In this document: positions 1 through 35,078 of the stretch, piece after piece
How the letters are laid out: each line of letters starts with the position of its first letter
Numbering within the stretch: the first letter of the stretch is position 1
Assembly: GCA_012295275.1 (NCBI GenBank)
Contig: CM022670.1
Coordinates: 14,632,001-14,696,000 of the forward strand
Direction: 5' to 3'
Origin: Chrysomallon squamiferum
Taxonomy: Eukaryota; Animalia; Mollusca
DNA: 64,000 nt
The notes under the pieces: model-generated
The model's input: the letters and a program-made list of their open reading frames with translations, nothing else
Told to the model about the DNA's origin: nothing
The model's database searches: none
Program-made: the position numbers and the translations under genes

Positions 1-1430
1 ATCAACAGAGACAAGTGACTAGTATTACGTAAACACAAGGCCACACCAATGTAATTATTTGTATGTCATTCAGTATTATGCGGGATATAAAACGGAACTG
101 TATAACACGGAATAAAATTACAGTGTTTCGAGATTATGGAAATGTTGTATGATCGGTAAGATAATGACAAGAAGCTATTTTCTTTCTACTAGCGGATCTG
201 TAACTTAAAACTGATTGTCATATCCGAATACAGGAAACACAGCTCTCCATGTAATAGTATCTACATTGCACAGTACATTACTGAATAACAGTAATGCTTA
301 AATTTAACATAATCTATAGCAATGTCATATATGTTATCTAGTGATATCGGCAATTCCAATATTTATTATAATAAATAATTGAATTAAAAAATATATATAT
401 ATATTTGTAAGTAAGTAATAAAACTTACAGTCACAAATTTGTCTCAGGCAGGAAAATAAGAACGCAAAAATTAATAAATAAAATTATTTTACAAAATGTA
501 GAAAATATGTTAAATAAGAAAAATATGAAATTAAATATATCTTTGTTTTATGATGTACTTATTTATTTGTTGGTTGTGCTTGTTTTCTTGTTTCGTTGTT
601 TATTTATTTATTTATTTATTTATTTTTATTGTTGTTCTTGTTCTTGTTAGTGGTGGTGTTGCTGCTGGTTTTGTTGTTTTACTTTATTTTATTCATTTTT
701 ATTCTTTTTTATTTTATAATCTCACGTTAAAAATGATATTGCTTCATTTTTCTATCATCATTTTTAGACATTTATCTAACCCATTTGTCCGTCCTATAAA
801 AATGTTACGCTTTTAAAATGTCAGCCGTGTTCAACAATTATTACTGCTAAAAAATTAATTATTACATCTCGTAAGACAACTCAGAAATAGAAAGAAAATG
901 ACACAAAGAAATCAGAATATAAAAATAATTCTATCTCATACACCGTGATTAAATAAATGAATCAATGATATAAAATAAGATTAATTTTAATGGCATTTAT
1001 ATTTATATATATACCATTAAAATTACATTATATCGATTTCAACAATATTAACTGTGATGAAGAAATAGAGAACTGATTTCAATATTGTGATATATGTATA
1101 TACATGCACACACAGATATATATATATACATACACACAAACACATATACATATAAAAAACACACAACACAAATATATGCATATACATGATCTCACAGTAT
1201 ATTTATTGAAATCTTTCTTTATATATGTGTTGTTTGTGTGTGTGTGTATGTATGTGTTTATATATATATATATATAGATATATATATACACACACACACA
1301 CACATTTCATCAAATATACTTACATACAAACGCATACAGATATACAGAAACGTATACAAATACAGACATAAGAGAAGAACAACTGGAGAAAAAAAATGGA
1401 TGTTCTGTATTATTTGAAAAAGCGACTTAC

Positions 1431-1509
1431 CAAACTCTGCAACAATAGAGACATGACAGAAAGAAAGAAAATACAGAACAAGCGCAAGAAACATCCAAAC
1501 TATAGCCAT
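1431..1509 (-). CDS. Signal-peptide first exon of lectin-EGF RPTP copy A; the rest of the gene lies left of the window
   Basis: ATG at 1509 gives MAIVWMFLALVLYFLSFCHVSIVAEF+G, then a GTAAG donor. The exon is 79 nt, phase 1, the same size and phase as copy B exon 1 (23829-23907). Flanks are also homologous: 1510-1730 matches 23908-24120 and ~680-960 matches ~20960-21240. Confidence 0.85.
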
Positions 1510-1730
1510 GTTGTAAAAATTTAGTCACTGTCAACTAACAAGTCTTTGTCTCTGCAAACCGGAATTAATTTAGAACGGTTCAATGCAGTACTATTATTGT
1601 CGCTGAAACACACGTGCTGTATCACGTGATTAACTAAATACACTGTGGGTTTGACTTGTTTAAGAGGCAAAGTATTGTTCACTGTTAACTCGTTGAGTCG
1701 AGGCTTGGTTGCAGGATGAACCATCCTCTG
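1510..1730 (-). promoter_or_regulatory. 5'UTR/proximal promoter of RPTP copy A, shared with copy B, containing the palindrome ATCACGTGAT (1621-1630)
   Basis: Near-colinear with 23908-24120. The E-box palindrome is also present at 24007-24016. Confidence 0.5.
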
Positions 1731-2418
1731 AGTGTGTGCATACCTGCTGCGAATAATTTATTTATTGATTTATTGATGACTGGATATATAATATAAGCAT
1801 ACATCCATATGTATTTTATGTGATTATTTATTTATTTTGCATATGTAAAACCATCTTGCAAAAGAGAAATGTGATTAACCTTTTACACAAAAGTCTGTTC
1901 ACATATTTTACGTCTGTTAACATTATATTCATTCTAAATTATAATTTTTTGAAAAAAAATGTTCTGTTGTCGTAATTATTCATCCTCATCCTCATGTTAT
2001 AATAATATAATAATAATTATTACATCCTTAACATTAATGAAATAAAGAGTTTGTGATTAAGCACATTCACAAAATGAGTGAAACCGTATTCGTAACTCCA
2101 TGAACTACTCGTTGTTTACGTTGTAGCCAAGTTGTCTATGATGTTACTCAACCAGGAAGTTTCTTAATTGCATAAACCGGATTTAATTTGTGAGTATTAA
2201 CTTTCTGGCATACAATATTATGTGTTGCTGAATAACATGAAAGTTTTATTTTATTTATTTTTATTTTTATTTATTTATTTTTTTTTTTTTTTTTATTTTT
2301 TTTTTTTTTGAATAGGTTACCAAAAATTCACGGTCGGAGTATATTTTAGGTTGAAGACACTTTCCGAAACCGTACGTGAACATTTATAAACTGAAATTAT
2401 AAGTTTTATAGGATACCT

Positions 2419-2525
<107 letters not shown>

Positions 2526-2617
2526 AATAAAACTAAATGAATAAGAAAAATAATAGAATGGATCAGTGAAACATTAATGATTACCCACACAAATAGAACA
2601 AGACGACACAAACGTAC

Positions 2618-2745
2618 AACCGGGTTAGTCCATCCAGCCTGACATCCTCCAGTACACGATCCAGTGTCTGCAGGACATGGATAGTTATGTTGGAAGTGTG
2701 GAATGTTACACAATTTGTCACAACCAGAACCATAATATTTTGTCT
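2618..2745 (-). pseudogene. Orphan EGF pseudo-exon of the RPTP family
   Basis: Reads YYGSGCDKLCNIPHFQHNYPCPADTGSCTGGCQAGWTNPV. Homologous to copy B exon 17610-17762 (YGSNCDKLCKKRHC...GCTAGWTG), but with lost cysteines and no clean splice sites. Confidence 0.7.
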
Positions 2746-2919
2746 GAGAGGTTTATAAAGACGGTTGTAATGTTTGATTTTGTTTTTCTTTTCTGGTGTG
2801 CCTTAAATGAAATGAAAAAAAAAGAGTTAATAGTAGAAGTATAAAATTGATCTTGGGACAAAACGCTCTAAGTATAAAGATGATGATCATAATAATACTG
2901 ATAAAGATTAAAAATAGAC

Positions 2920-4650
2920 CTTGTTTGAAGCAGTGTTCTAAATGTCATTGTCATAAAGTTTCAACGTGTGGCACAAAAATGGTGAATGTGACGGAGGTTG
3001 TAATCCTGGATGGTTAGAACCTGACTGTTTTCAAGGTGAAAATTTAAAACTGATTATTGCTATGTCGTTATTAAAATGAGAAACAGTTTACGTATATTTA
3101 AAATATAAACTGTTTCTTATTTTAATAAAGATATATCAATAATCAATCTTAAATCAATATTAGTATGTTATATTATATCATATTATTTCATCACGTTCTG
3201 AATATTCAAACCGTTGTTCTTATCGTCACTGTTTCGTTACCTCAGCGTGTGATTCAAACACTGAAACATGTATCGGGGTTGTCTGTCAGGCTGGATGGAG
3301 AAACACCAGTTGTTGTGAAAGTACTCACGCTGATGGTAAATGGAAAACAGGATGTCAAAACTGAATGGAAGGGTGTTGACTGTACAGGTGAACTGATATT
3401 TTGTTATGTTAATATACAGTTCTCTACTAGACGAATTTGAGGAACAAGACGTTGAAGATAAGTTTCGGAGTACTACAACATCAACGACTTCGCGCTGCCA
3501 GGGACTGGCGTGTCTCTCAGTGAACTGTCTCAGGTTGTAGACAAAATTAGACACCAGCCTGGATGGAGGCTTTGATACAGAGTACAAGGTTTGTTTTATT
3601 TAATGCGTAAGTTTACGAAATAATGAATTTTCACATAACAGTCTTTTCAGCATCTTATTGTATTATCTGAAATATATTGTATATTCATCTAATTTAATTC
3701 TCTTCAGGACATTGTTACGATGTATATGCTATTCTGATGAAAGGTATCAGAAAAATGTGCTTTAATTTTATTCCAAAGTTCTCAAATACACTGTAAAGAC
3801 ATTTGTTTTACGCTATTTTAAACTGTCAACAATAAACAGCGATTTTTTATTCGCATAATGTGATGTTTTAAAAATGTAATTCACATGGGGGTTCGCTGCC
3901 AAAACCGAATTTACTTCAACTTATGATGAATCACAGATTACACAAAAATAAAACAAAGAATCGATAACAGCGATGTTCATATACATATATACATATTACT
4001 TGTTTAATAATATTTCTAACCCATCAAACATTCTATATTAAAACAGAAAAAATATGAAACTGTGTTCCATGACCTACTAGAACTAGCTTTTTTTAGGCGA
4101 CACTAGTCTGAGCAATCCGGACTTTGTAGAGAAATATCCAAAGAGAAAGGTTCTTTGCAGTTAGCTGAGGTAAAAGCAAAGCATGAACGTTTAGCTACAG
4201 ATAGCTGTTATAGAATGTGTTTTGATATTTGTTGTTACTGGTGTCTTCGTCTTCTTAAATATTTTGTAAAGTGGAAGCTTTCAAATAATTAAATAATTAA
4301 CAGCAGCAGTTTAATTCGAATTGTTTCCTTTAACAGAGACAGCTGATAAGTATCAAGAAACAAATATTTTCTTTCGGAATTCCAAAAAAATAAAAAAAAA
4401 AAATAAACAAACAAATAAAAATAATATGATTCGCAATTGTTTTTGCTTTTTTATAAGTATTTCTGATGAAACTACCAAATAAACTGAAATAAGCTCATGA
4501 ACAAAGAGTTTACTGAATCCGATGTCTTAAGCTCGAACTAAGAATGGTTAAAATGAAAAGGGTTTATTTAGTCTTTTTATGGATAAGATTCAAAATAATC
4601 CTTTCTACCTATTCAATGAAAAGATATACGGTAACCTCCGATAGGTGTCT
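2920..4650 (+). pseudogene. Inverted, frameshifted, deletion-collapsed RPTP pseudogene (fourth family member)
   Basis: Remnants in gene order: EGF CLKQCSKCHC../NGECDGGCNPGWLEPDCFQ (2922-3035, frameshift); EGF RCSYRHC..CDSNTETC..CQAGWRNTSC (~3205-3320); GC..EWKGVDCT (~3350-3387); juxtamembrane EYYNINDFALPGTGVSLSELSQVVDKIRHQPG/GFDTEYK|gt (~3440-3588); D1 start FTSTYDESQITQ..KNR (~3910-3965); D1 end YETVFHDLLELA..GDTSLSNPDFVEKY (~4050-4140); D2 start ETADKYQ (4337-4356); possible tail IYGN (~4625). Confidence 0.8.
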
Positions 4651-4879
4651 AGATATTTTAGATACATAGTTGGTGTTGAAATATCAAAATTGATATATAA
4701 AACACCCACAAAATCTTATTATAAATATTGTTTCTTCTGATATAAATTACGAACAATCAAACCAAAAAGAACAAAACATAATGCAATAAAGAAATATCTA
4801 ATATGTCCACCAAAAAAACAAGATACACACTTAATTACCAGAAGGCACGGTTATTTCCCTTTGTTATATTCTCACACCT

Positions 4880-4934
<55 letters not shown>

Positions 4935-5199
4935 AGAGAGAAACACACACAGATAAAAACACGCATACATTCATTAAATAAACATACAAACATATAAACA
5001 TATACTTCAAAAAATAACTGCAATTCTTATTTATGAATATCTTCTTTATTAATCTGTGCACTACTACAATTTTTCTGTGTGATACATACATAACTAAAAT
5101 CAGGTAAAAAAATTCTGTAGCAAAGAGAAAAGTTACAAAGTAAGAATTAAGTTTATTTTCATTATTACATACTCAATATCAAATCACTGGGATGTAGCA

Positions 5200-5232
<33 letters not shown>

Positions 5233-5974
5233 CAAGGAAAGGACACAATGACTCACTACAAATACAAAGCAAAAAGTCAACAGTTGAGACATATGTATAT
5301 AACTGAATAACAAAGATTGTATTATGACATAAAATTACAACTTTCACATACACATCGATCTGATGAACAGATTAAAGTAACAATCATACATATCAGTATA
5401 CCTAGTAATAACAAACACTAATATACGAATTAGACAGGAAAAACACAAAACCTGTTAAGAAACAAAATTATTGCTAAATACCAAACGAAGCATTAAAAAA
5501 TATGTCATACATATATGTATATATATTAAACTTCTTTTGTTTTATAAGAAGTATTTGTCGAGGTCCAAACAATTTAGCGGCTTCATGCATAAAATGTAAT
5601 TGAAAAAATAAGAAAGAAGACGCAAATAAAATATTTAACACAAATCGGTATATATTCTTAATTCACAATTCAAGATTACAAGTATATGTTGATAATTCAA
5701 TCATCGATACATTATTGTCGTATTCAAATACCATAATTATGAACATCATTTAAAACTGTTTAAAAGTAGTGCGATTAGAACCGATACTGACAGTTTGGTT
5801 TAAAGTCATCTTATATAAGAGCTATCTACCAGTATTACCTGTATATAGCTAGAACCTTTGCAGATTACAGAAACAAAATCAAAACAAAAATTAATTCACA
5901 CTCAAACATTAATTACAGTGAGTTTATTATTTTAACTGTTTTATATTAATTATGCACACATGTGTAGACAAACT

Positions 5975-23907
<17,933 letters not shown>

Positions 23908-24296
23908 GTTGTAAAAACTTAGTCACTGTCAACTAACAAGTCTTTGTCTCTGCAAACAGTAAGTTTGAGTGCATCAGTATTATATTCGTTGAAACACACA
24001 TGCTGTATCACGTGATTAACTAAATACACTGTGGAGTTGACTTGTTTAAGAGGCAAAGGATTGTTCATAGTTAACACGCTGAGTCGAGGCGTGGTTTCTT
24101 GCAGGATAAAATATCCTCTTAAAGCGTGTAATCCTGCAAGGGATTACTTATTTATTTACATATTTATTTATTTATTTATTTATTTATTTATTTTATTTAT
24201 TTACATATGCATTTGTTTATTTATTTATTTATTAATTTATGCTTGGTAGATAATGATAGGAACATATACATCCATTCACGCATGCATGAGAGAGAG

Positions 24297-24401
<105 letters not shown>

Positions 24402-24665
24402 ATTTATTGGGAACTATTTCAAACTGACGCGTAAATCAGTGCTACGTAATACAATTATTTGCCTTCATTCACACATAAACTGCATGTGAAGCTGCAGTGT
24501 TGTCATACGTGTTCTGAATTTTTAAGTGAATGTTCAAGGATGTAGCCACCTAAACTTCAATGTCGTTGTGAAAATTCATGACGCATGAATGAGGGAAAGA
24601 GAGGGTATACATATGTGGCTTCAATTTTATTATTATTATTATTGTTGTTTTTGTTGTTGTTATAT

Positions 24666-25135
24666 ACTTATTTATTTACTTTTCCATGCAACTGGTAACC
24701 CCCTCCCCATAATCCGCCCTTGCAATGGGTGTAGTATTTTGTGTGAATGTGAAATATTGTGCTCTGTGTGAAGTGAATGTTTGATTCTTGTTGGAATTCT
24801 GTGAGACGAAACCTTAGAAATTTAGCAGTTTAGTATCAACCGAAAATAACAAAGTCATTTCTTCAAGAAACAAAACTTTTCTGGAAGAGAAAACTGTTAG
24901 ATGGGGACTATTATCATTTCACTGGACGGCAGTATTGCTGTACAATAAAAAAAAAAATGATGCAATAATGATAAAATAAACTAACATTTCTGTGGACTCA
25001 GTCTTTTAAGATTAGTTTTGGTGAATTGGAATGATAATTATTTGTTCGAAACATGTATTGGATAATAATTTAAAATTAAACAAAATTCAATATACCTGTT
25101 TAATATATCAACAAACTAATAAATAAATAAATAAA
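24666..25135. repeat. ~470-bp dispersed duplicate, copy 2, upstream of RPTP copy B
   Basis: Same orientation as, and colinear with, 18960-19430. Confidence 0.8.
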
Positions 25136-27241
25136 TAAATAAGTAAATAAAATACAAGAATCAATGAATGATTAAATAAGTATATAATGAAAGCAATAAA
25201 GAAAAAAGAAAACTAATCTATAATTTAATATAAAGAAAATAAAAAAGAATAAAAAATAAATAAAATCTTGAAAAGAAGAAAGAAGTAACAACAAAATTTC
25301 CATTGAAAGAACATATATGAAAAGAAATAACATAATTAATTAAGTACATGTTTTATAAACATGATTAAAGGACAGCAACTTAGTGATTACGGTTTTGTTC
25401 TAAAACACGACAGGTCGCAGGACGAATCCATCTTAGTTTTCCCGTTAAGATACTTCCCATTGAAACCAGTACTTTACACCAAACTCAATCAAAAATCGTG
25501 GCATATAATTTCCTGTCCATACCAAGATACATTTATATTTTAACTTGCCGACCTGGTTTTGCCTTTCGACATGAGCAGGATAAAGCTGATATCATAAGAT
25601 AATAACCAGTTATATTTTTTTTATCCGGCAATGCTAAATTAAATGCTTTAGTTCTCGCGTACTGATTGAATTGTCGCCTACAAAATCTGCGCACCAGAAC
25701 AAAATGGTTGTTACATTTTAAATAAAAAATGTTTTGAAAACCAATTTTGAGATGGAATCTCGAAAGAACTAACTTTGAGTAATTTGTCGAAGTAAATATA
25801 GATCAGTTGCCAGAAACATTTGGTCGCGACGCGAAGATATCGAAATTTACTTAGTCATCATATCTTGTGACTGAGTACGATGATTACAGTATGTATATAT
25901 ATCATGTATATATATCAAACAGATAATAATAGATCAAAGACTCGTTCCTTACAGTATTCTAATAATTCACGAACGAGATAAAAATCCTTTTTTTTTTTTT
26001 TTTTTTTTTTATTAACTAACGGAGACAAATCAGTGTCTTGGATTCTAACTATTCAGTTCTTTAAATGCCATTTCGAAGAGGGCACTAGAAACATATACTC
26101 ATCCGTGGCACGAATATTTGAAAATAAATCGATATAATGAATATAATTAGGTGTTCTGTATTCCTAGCTTTCTTTTTTTCCTAAATTTTAACGATCAGCT
26201 GCACTGCAGTATCTTATACAGATGGAATCTTGTGGAAAATGTTTCTGAAGGAACGATGACAGATGAAACAAAGAATTTGTTTATCGCGATGTCTACGTGT
26301 ACCTGTACGTATCTTGTGTGTATACTGTTTATAAGGACAAGCCATCAGTTTGATGTTTTTCGATGAACCGGAACGTAAACTTGTTTTTAGTGATTTATTT
26401 ATTATAACTGAAATTTAAACTTTCTCTTTTGACACTGCAGATGTATATTCCTGTTCTAAATAAAATCTAATATGTTTCAATGGTAACAACTGTAAAACAC
26501 AGTTCGCTAAATTCCTGTCAGTGTCTGACCTGACAAGGAGGATTCAAGTTATTGTTTCGTTATTGTTGTAGGCTAATTTCTATACATACAGAGTATGCGC
26601 ATAAACAAAACAACGACATTCTTCGTTGTTTGAACGATATTTTAATTTTTTTTTTTTTTTTAAATTGTCTTGCGGATACTAATTGTCTACATCCATATAT
26701 TCAGGGTGGCGAGGAATCACGTCTTATCCATTGGGATGTATTAGGTCATAACTGTTGAAGATTGCTGTGACTCTGAGTGTTTTGAAAAACAAAAAAACAA
26801 AAAAAATTAACGTTCTAATCAGAGCAAGCTGTTTTTAAAACATTTAGTATTTATAACTAATTGCTTGTACACACGACAAGCTATCATTACTTCATACATC
26901 CATCCATACATACATATATATGTATATGGATGGATACATACGTATACATGTAAATGTAATGTATGTATATATATATATAGATGTGTGTACATGTGTGTAT
27001 ATATGTTTATGTGTGTGTGTGAGTGTATGTGCGTGTGCGTGTTTTACTTGACGAAACGTATTATGCAGAGACTATTTCTTGGATTTTGTAGCAATTTCGT
27101 TAAGAAATCACGTTTTCATTATCAATAATGGACTGTAAATGTAATGTTCAGTTAACATTGTTTGTTTGTTTTGTTGTATTTTTGTTTTAGAAGAATACGT
27201 CTATTTTCAAGTGATAGTTGTTGTCGAAGCAGACTTACGAG

Positions 27242-29729
<2,488 letters not shown>

Positions 29730-29784
29730 TGTCAATGAAGTTAGTTCTGCTTTTCTTTACGTGTTACTAGAAACCGCTTCGACA

Positions 29785-29803
29785 TGACGTATTTATGACG
29801 TAA
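29785..29803. promoter_or_regulatory. Paired TGACGTA (CRE/ATF-like bZIP) motifs upstream of dispanin 1
   Basis: TGACGTAT at 29785 and TGACGTAA at 29796, about 55-75 nt upstream of the ATG. Confidence 0.55.
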
Positions 29804-32466
29804 TTCCTGTTAGTTTGGTGCTTACGTACCGACGAAGCCATATTTATTTATTTATTTATTTATTTTGTTTTGTACTGTATTTGGGTTGTTATTTCTTCCG
29901 TAATGTGTCGATGTCTGAACAATGACTATTTCAATAAAGTCATATAAAAACTAGATTTGTGTCTGTATCATGGGTAACTTTCACGAATAAAACCTTTGAC
30001 AATTCAGTGCAGTGGATGTTAGAGTTGTTGTGGTTATTATTAAAAGTATCAGGTATTCCAAGGTGATTTTCTGTTTGAGAAATATAAAGTTGACTTCTAA
30101 CGATAATTGTAAGTATTCTTTAGATGATTTCAGAGTTATTATTATTTTTTTAATATTTAATATCTTAATGTCGTTTGCTCATAATTGCGAAGTTCAGTAA
30201 ATGTCAATTTTTAAGAGCCTATTCTAAAGCGAAATTCATGTTTCCGCAATTACTCCATGAGCCACGCCCTCCTTAGTTACTGTCTGTAGGTCCATTGGGC
30301 CATCTCGTGTTCCAATCTGTGAATGTTTCTTCACCACTGTGTCTGTAAATAAAACCTTCTAACAAAGAAAATATGAACGCTTGCTGAATAACTGAACTAA
30401 ACAATGATCAACATAAAAACACCGCTTGTGCGGAAATATGGCGGCCGAAAATAAAACATTATGGGTGTGTGGAAAATAGCGTGCTTTGGTTAGTAGAAAT
30501 TCCGAAATGATTGACACTTTTGGAAATATGAATTGCCTTTGACAAAGCTTATTTGATAATATGGCATACTCTGTGTTGCAAATAATTTTGTTATATATTT
30601 TAATTTTATTTTATTTTTTTCCATATATTTTTGTTATGTGAAGCCAGAGTTGGAAAAATTATTAATTTCCGCTAGACCATTGTCATGGTATAAAATTAAA
30701 TCTTCGAAAACTCATATTCCCCTTCTACTTGTACTACAAACAGCTTTTATACAATATTAATCTGAGTGAAAAGATATAGATGATAAATAACATTTAATTA
30801 GTGACTTTGGAAAATGTTTTTCATAGCCTGTTTGAAGGTAGGAGTGGACCTTTTAAAGCAAATTGTCAAACCAAAGAGGAGGTTGAATTAGGAAATTTGT
30901 TCTCATTGGATTACTGTTATTTTTTATTTTATATTTTATATTTTTTTATTTTTTTATGTATGTAGTATGATTTGATAAAGTTTAAAAAAATAAGAATAAA
31001 ACCCCAAACAAACAAGCTTAATAATTTGTCACTGACACTAGTCAACCACTGTTTTCCATGAGCAGTTGAAATATTTGTTTCCACCATGGAAAAATCAAAA
31101 TCTACTGAATGAACAATCATAAACGAAAAGGCTATTTTTAGATGACAACATCAGTCATGTGACCGTATATTTTTCGCATTTTCGAGCATCAGAAATAAAT
31201 AAACTACTCGATACCTTTTAAAGGTATTGTACAGAAGGCTACCTCAATACTGTTTGTAATTAGCATTTTGTCGAAAGCTGGTGTGCTCAAATACATCTGA
31301 TGATTTATTAACCAAGGTGAAGGCATAGTCAGACAATGTATACGAACCGTCTCCGACAGCATTTCAATCCAGATTTAATCGTGATTTACGTGGTTAAAAC
31401 GACAAGCCATCAAAAGAACGATGAATTTTGTTCACGAACAAGAATCTTCAAACATAATTCATGAGGTTATGTTTAAGGAAAATCGCACCGCTTTTTAACT
31501 CGGTGAACCAGCTTCGGCAGTTATGACTTACAGCTTGGTTCGACAAGAAAGCATGCTCTGATGACGTCTCTCTCAGGTAGAGCGGTTGTTTGTGTAGCTG
31601 CTTTAAGCTTCAAATCGAATGTTTTTTAAAACTCAAATATTGCTCTTTCTAACGATATGTTTTTAAAAGGGGTCTCATGCTCCAAAACAGTTAGGAGATT
31701 TTAGCCTATCTTTTTCTACCACTTTCGAGAAGAAAGTACTTTTTATGAAACTGAGATACTGATATTTTGTTTTATCTAGACCTATATGAAGAGAGACCAC
31801 AGAGTTAACCACGTGAGAGCAAAAAGTAAGGTATGATCGATGTTGGCGATACACAGTCGGAGATCTGTAACGAGGTAACATTGGTGCAATGAATAGGAAG
31901 ATAAAATTTCAAATACTGAGTGAGTGAAAAACAGCATGCTAATCAGAGGAAAGCGGTTGTGAATCATGATGCGACCCTCACGTTCTGTTAACGCAGTTTT
32001 TACAGAGGCAGGATCTGAAACAGAGACAAATAATCAAGCGTTCAAAAGTTAATCAAAATAGGTCAAAACAGTATGGCGGATCATAAACATAGCCGCTTTG
32101 GAGTTTTATTATTATTGTTGTTGTTGTTGTTAATATTATTATTATTATTATTAAACCATTCGAAGAGAAAAGATCTTAAAGAATACCAGCGAGACAATGG
32201 AGGGATAATCTGGAGTAACAGGGCTACTGGAAAGGAAAAATCTGGAAGACGACGGCGTAAGACGTGAAAACGTGGAATGAACTTGCTGGGACTTTCGAAG
32301 AAAAACGCAGCGACACGACTTCACAGAGCTGATGGTGAAGCCGACTTTAAAAAATACGACATTGATCATAATGATTTATATATTTATTTTATTTTTGGTG
32401 ACAATATTTAAAATTTATTAACAAAAATAGTAATGAGCTGTTGTCATATATTAAGCTCTACATTAA

Positions 32467-32705
<239 letters not shown>

Positions 32706-33327
32706 GGGGGCAGTGAGGGGAGGAGAGAAAAAGAGAAAGAGTTATAAAAAAGCTAATATTACATACAATTATCAAAAGACCAGTATAGCAAATAGATTTA
32801 TATAGTTCAAAAAAAATATAGGCACATCAAAATATAACATATAAATAATATATACGTTTGTGTGTTCGAATGTGTGTGTGTAGACAAAAGAAAAAATAAC
32901 ATTACAAGTTTATTCTTTGCCAAACGTACAGATATAGATATACACTTATACAAACATTCATACAAACACAAACACACACACGTACGTGCATATATACTTA
33001 TATCCAATAATACATACATACATACATTCATGCTCGCATTCATAAATACATACATACATATATGCATACTTACATACATACATACACTCATAATGATCAT
33101 ATCCATACATGCGTACACACACCTACACAAACGCATATGAAGGCAGAATAAAAAAAGAGACGCAATAAAGGATATTCAGACAGACACAAAATTAATGTTT
33201 TGTCTGTCAGAATACGTCTCAAGTCTTGCTCAAGCTGCCAATTATAAACAATTAATTAGTACACGCACAAACATATGCACACGGGCATCCGGACACTCGC
33301 TATCTTCTTCGATGAGTCTGATTTCTG

Positions 33328-33566
33328 TCAGTTGTCCTGTTTAAATTTAGGTTTTAGGAGAATAAAACTAATTAAGAAGAATATGCCAACACCAACAATG
33401 ATTGCGAAAACAGCTACTATCCTCGCGATATTTCCTAAACGTTTAGCTCGTTCGAACTCGGCGATATGGTATTTATTCCGTGACTGCGAAATAAAATAAA
33501 TATTTTATTGGTTTCTTACTTTCATTTTTGCTTTTCAATTTTTAATTATTTTTTTTTAATGTTTGT

Positions 33567-33636
<70 letters not shown>

Positions 33637-34996
33637 TTCAGTAAAAGTAATCGATTATCTATTTATCTCCTTAGGATTGATAATTCTGGTATTTTATTTG
33701 CATTCTTCTTCTTTATAATTCCATTTATTTAGATAACCTATGATTGTATCAACCTTTCTTTACGTACTGTTTGGAAAATTAAAAACAAAACTGACTTAAG
33801 TTGAATATATATTAGAAATATATGTAATAGTAATTGTAATAAGTATTACTAGTAATAGCACTAGTATCAGTAGCAGAAGCAGTAGTACTAGTATTAGTAA
33901 CAGTAGTAACAATAACGACAAGTACAACAATAACTAATAAGAAATAGCTTATGAAAACAAAAAACAATAGCTGTAAAAGAAATATAACAGTAGTAATAGT
34001 AGCAGCAGCAACAAAATTAATAGTAGTAGTAGTAGTAGCAGTAGTAGCAGCAATCGCAGCAGTGTAAGTATCGATCGACAAAGACAAGATTTTTCCACCA
34101 GGACGATTGTGCGAAGCTCGTCCTGTAGCATCACTGTAAAATTACCATCTAGCAAATCTCACTGATCAGAGACGATCTGGATCTACAAGGGCCATGGACA
34201 CAAACAAAAGACGGAACGCGCTTCCTCTTGTTCACAGATGGAGACTGAATCTCGACTAAATGAAACTGAGCTGAACGTCCAACAAAGTTTCACTCGGATG
34301 AACATATTGTTTTGTGGCATATTCCGTTTTCTTAAGTGGGCCTGTCGTGAAGGGGAGCAGTCATTTATTTATTACTGGATTCGACACAATAGTACTGAAC
34401 CGAATTGAACACGTAAATACATATTCAGTTAAATAAATAGATAGGTATTTTTTTTTTTTTTTTTTTCGATCAGCCGAGATGTTGGTAGCTTATAGTTTTT
34501 CGATGGTTTGGTGTACACAAATTTTGCATTACACACAGTATTAGTATAAAAATAGTACTAAAACTATAAGACGTATATGAACAGCAAATATATTAATAAA
34601 CTGATTGGAGAACGTCGCTTCTACACTGAACATCAAGAAAGCAAACAAATATTTACTGTAAATCATAACGTATCTTTCTTATTTTGCGAAACAGCAGAAA
34701 GAGATTGCCAGAGAGGAACATACTCACTTTTATTGACAGGCAAACTGCGATCAGTCCCAAAGGCAGACAAAAGAAGCAGGAAACAATAGATAACATCATA
34801 TAGTCATTCGCTTTCACTACAGACACATACTGGAAGAAAATAAAGTTATTTTTATAAATAACCTGTCCGTCTAATCAGTTTTCTGTCTCCTCTACTTCAG
34901 TTTGTCTTAAAACAAATCTATATTATACATATTATTATTATTATTATCATCATCATCATCATCATCATCATTATTATACATATTATTATTATTATT

Positions 34997-35078
<82 letters not shown>

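Noticed and set aside
2920-4650. Processed (retro) pseudogene interpretation of the fossil RPTP
   Set aside because: Splice sites and intron stubs persist, and whole blocks of exons are missing.
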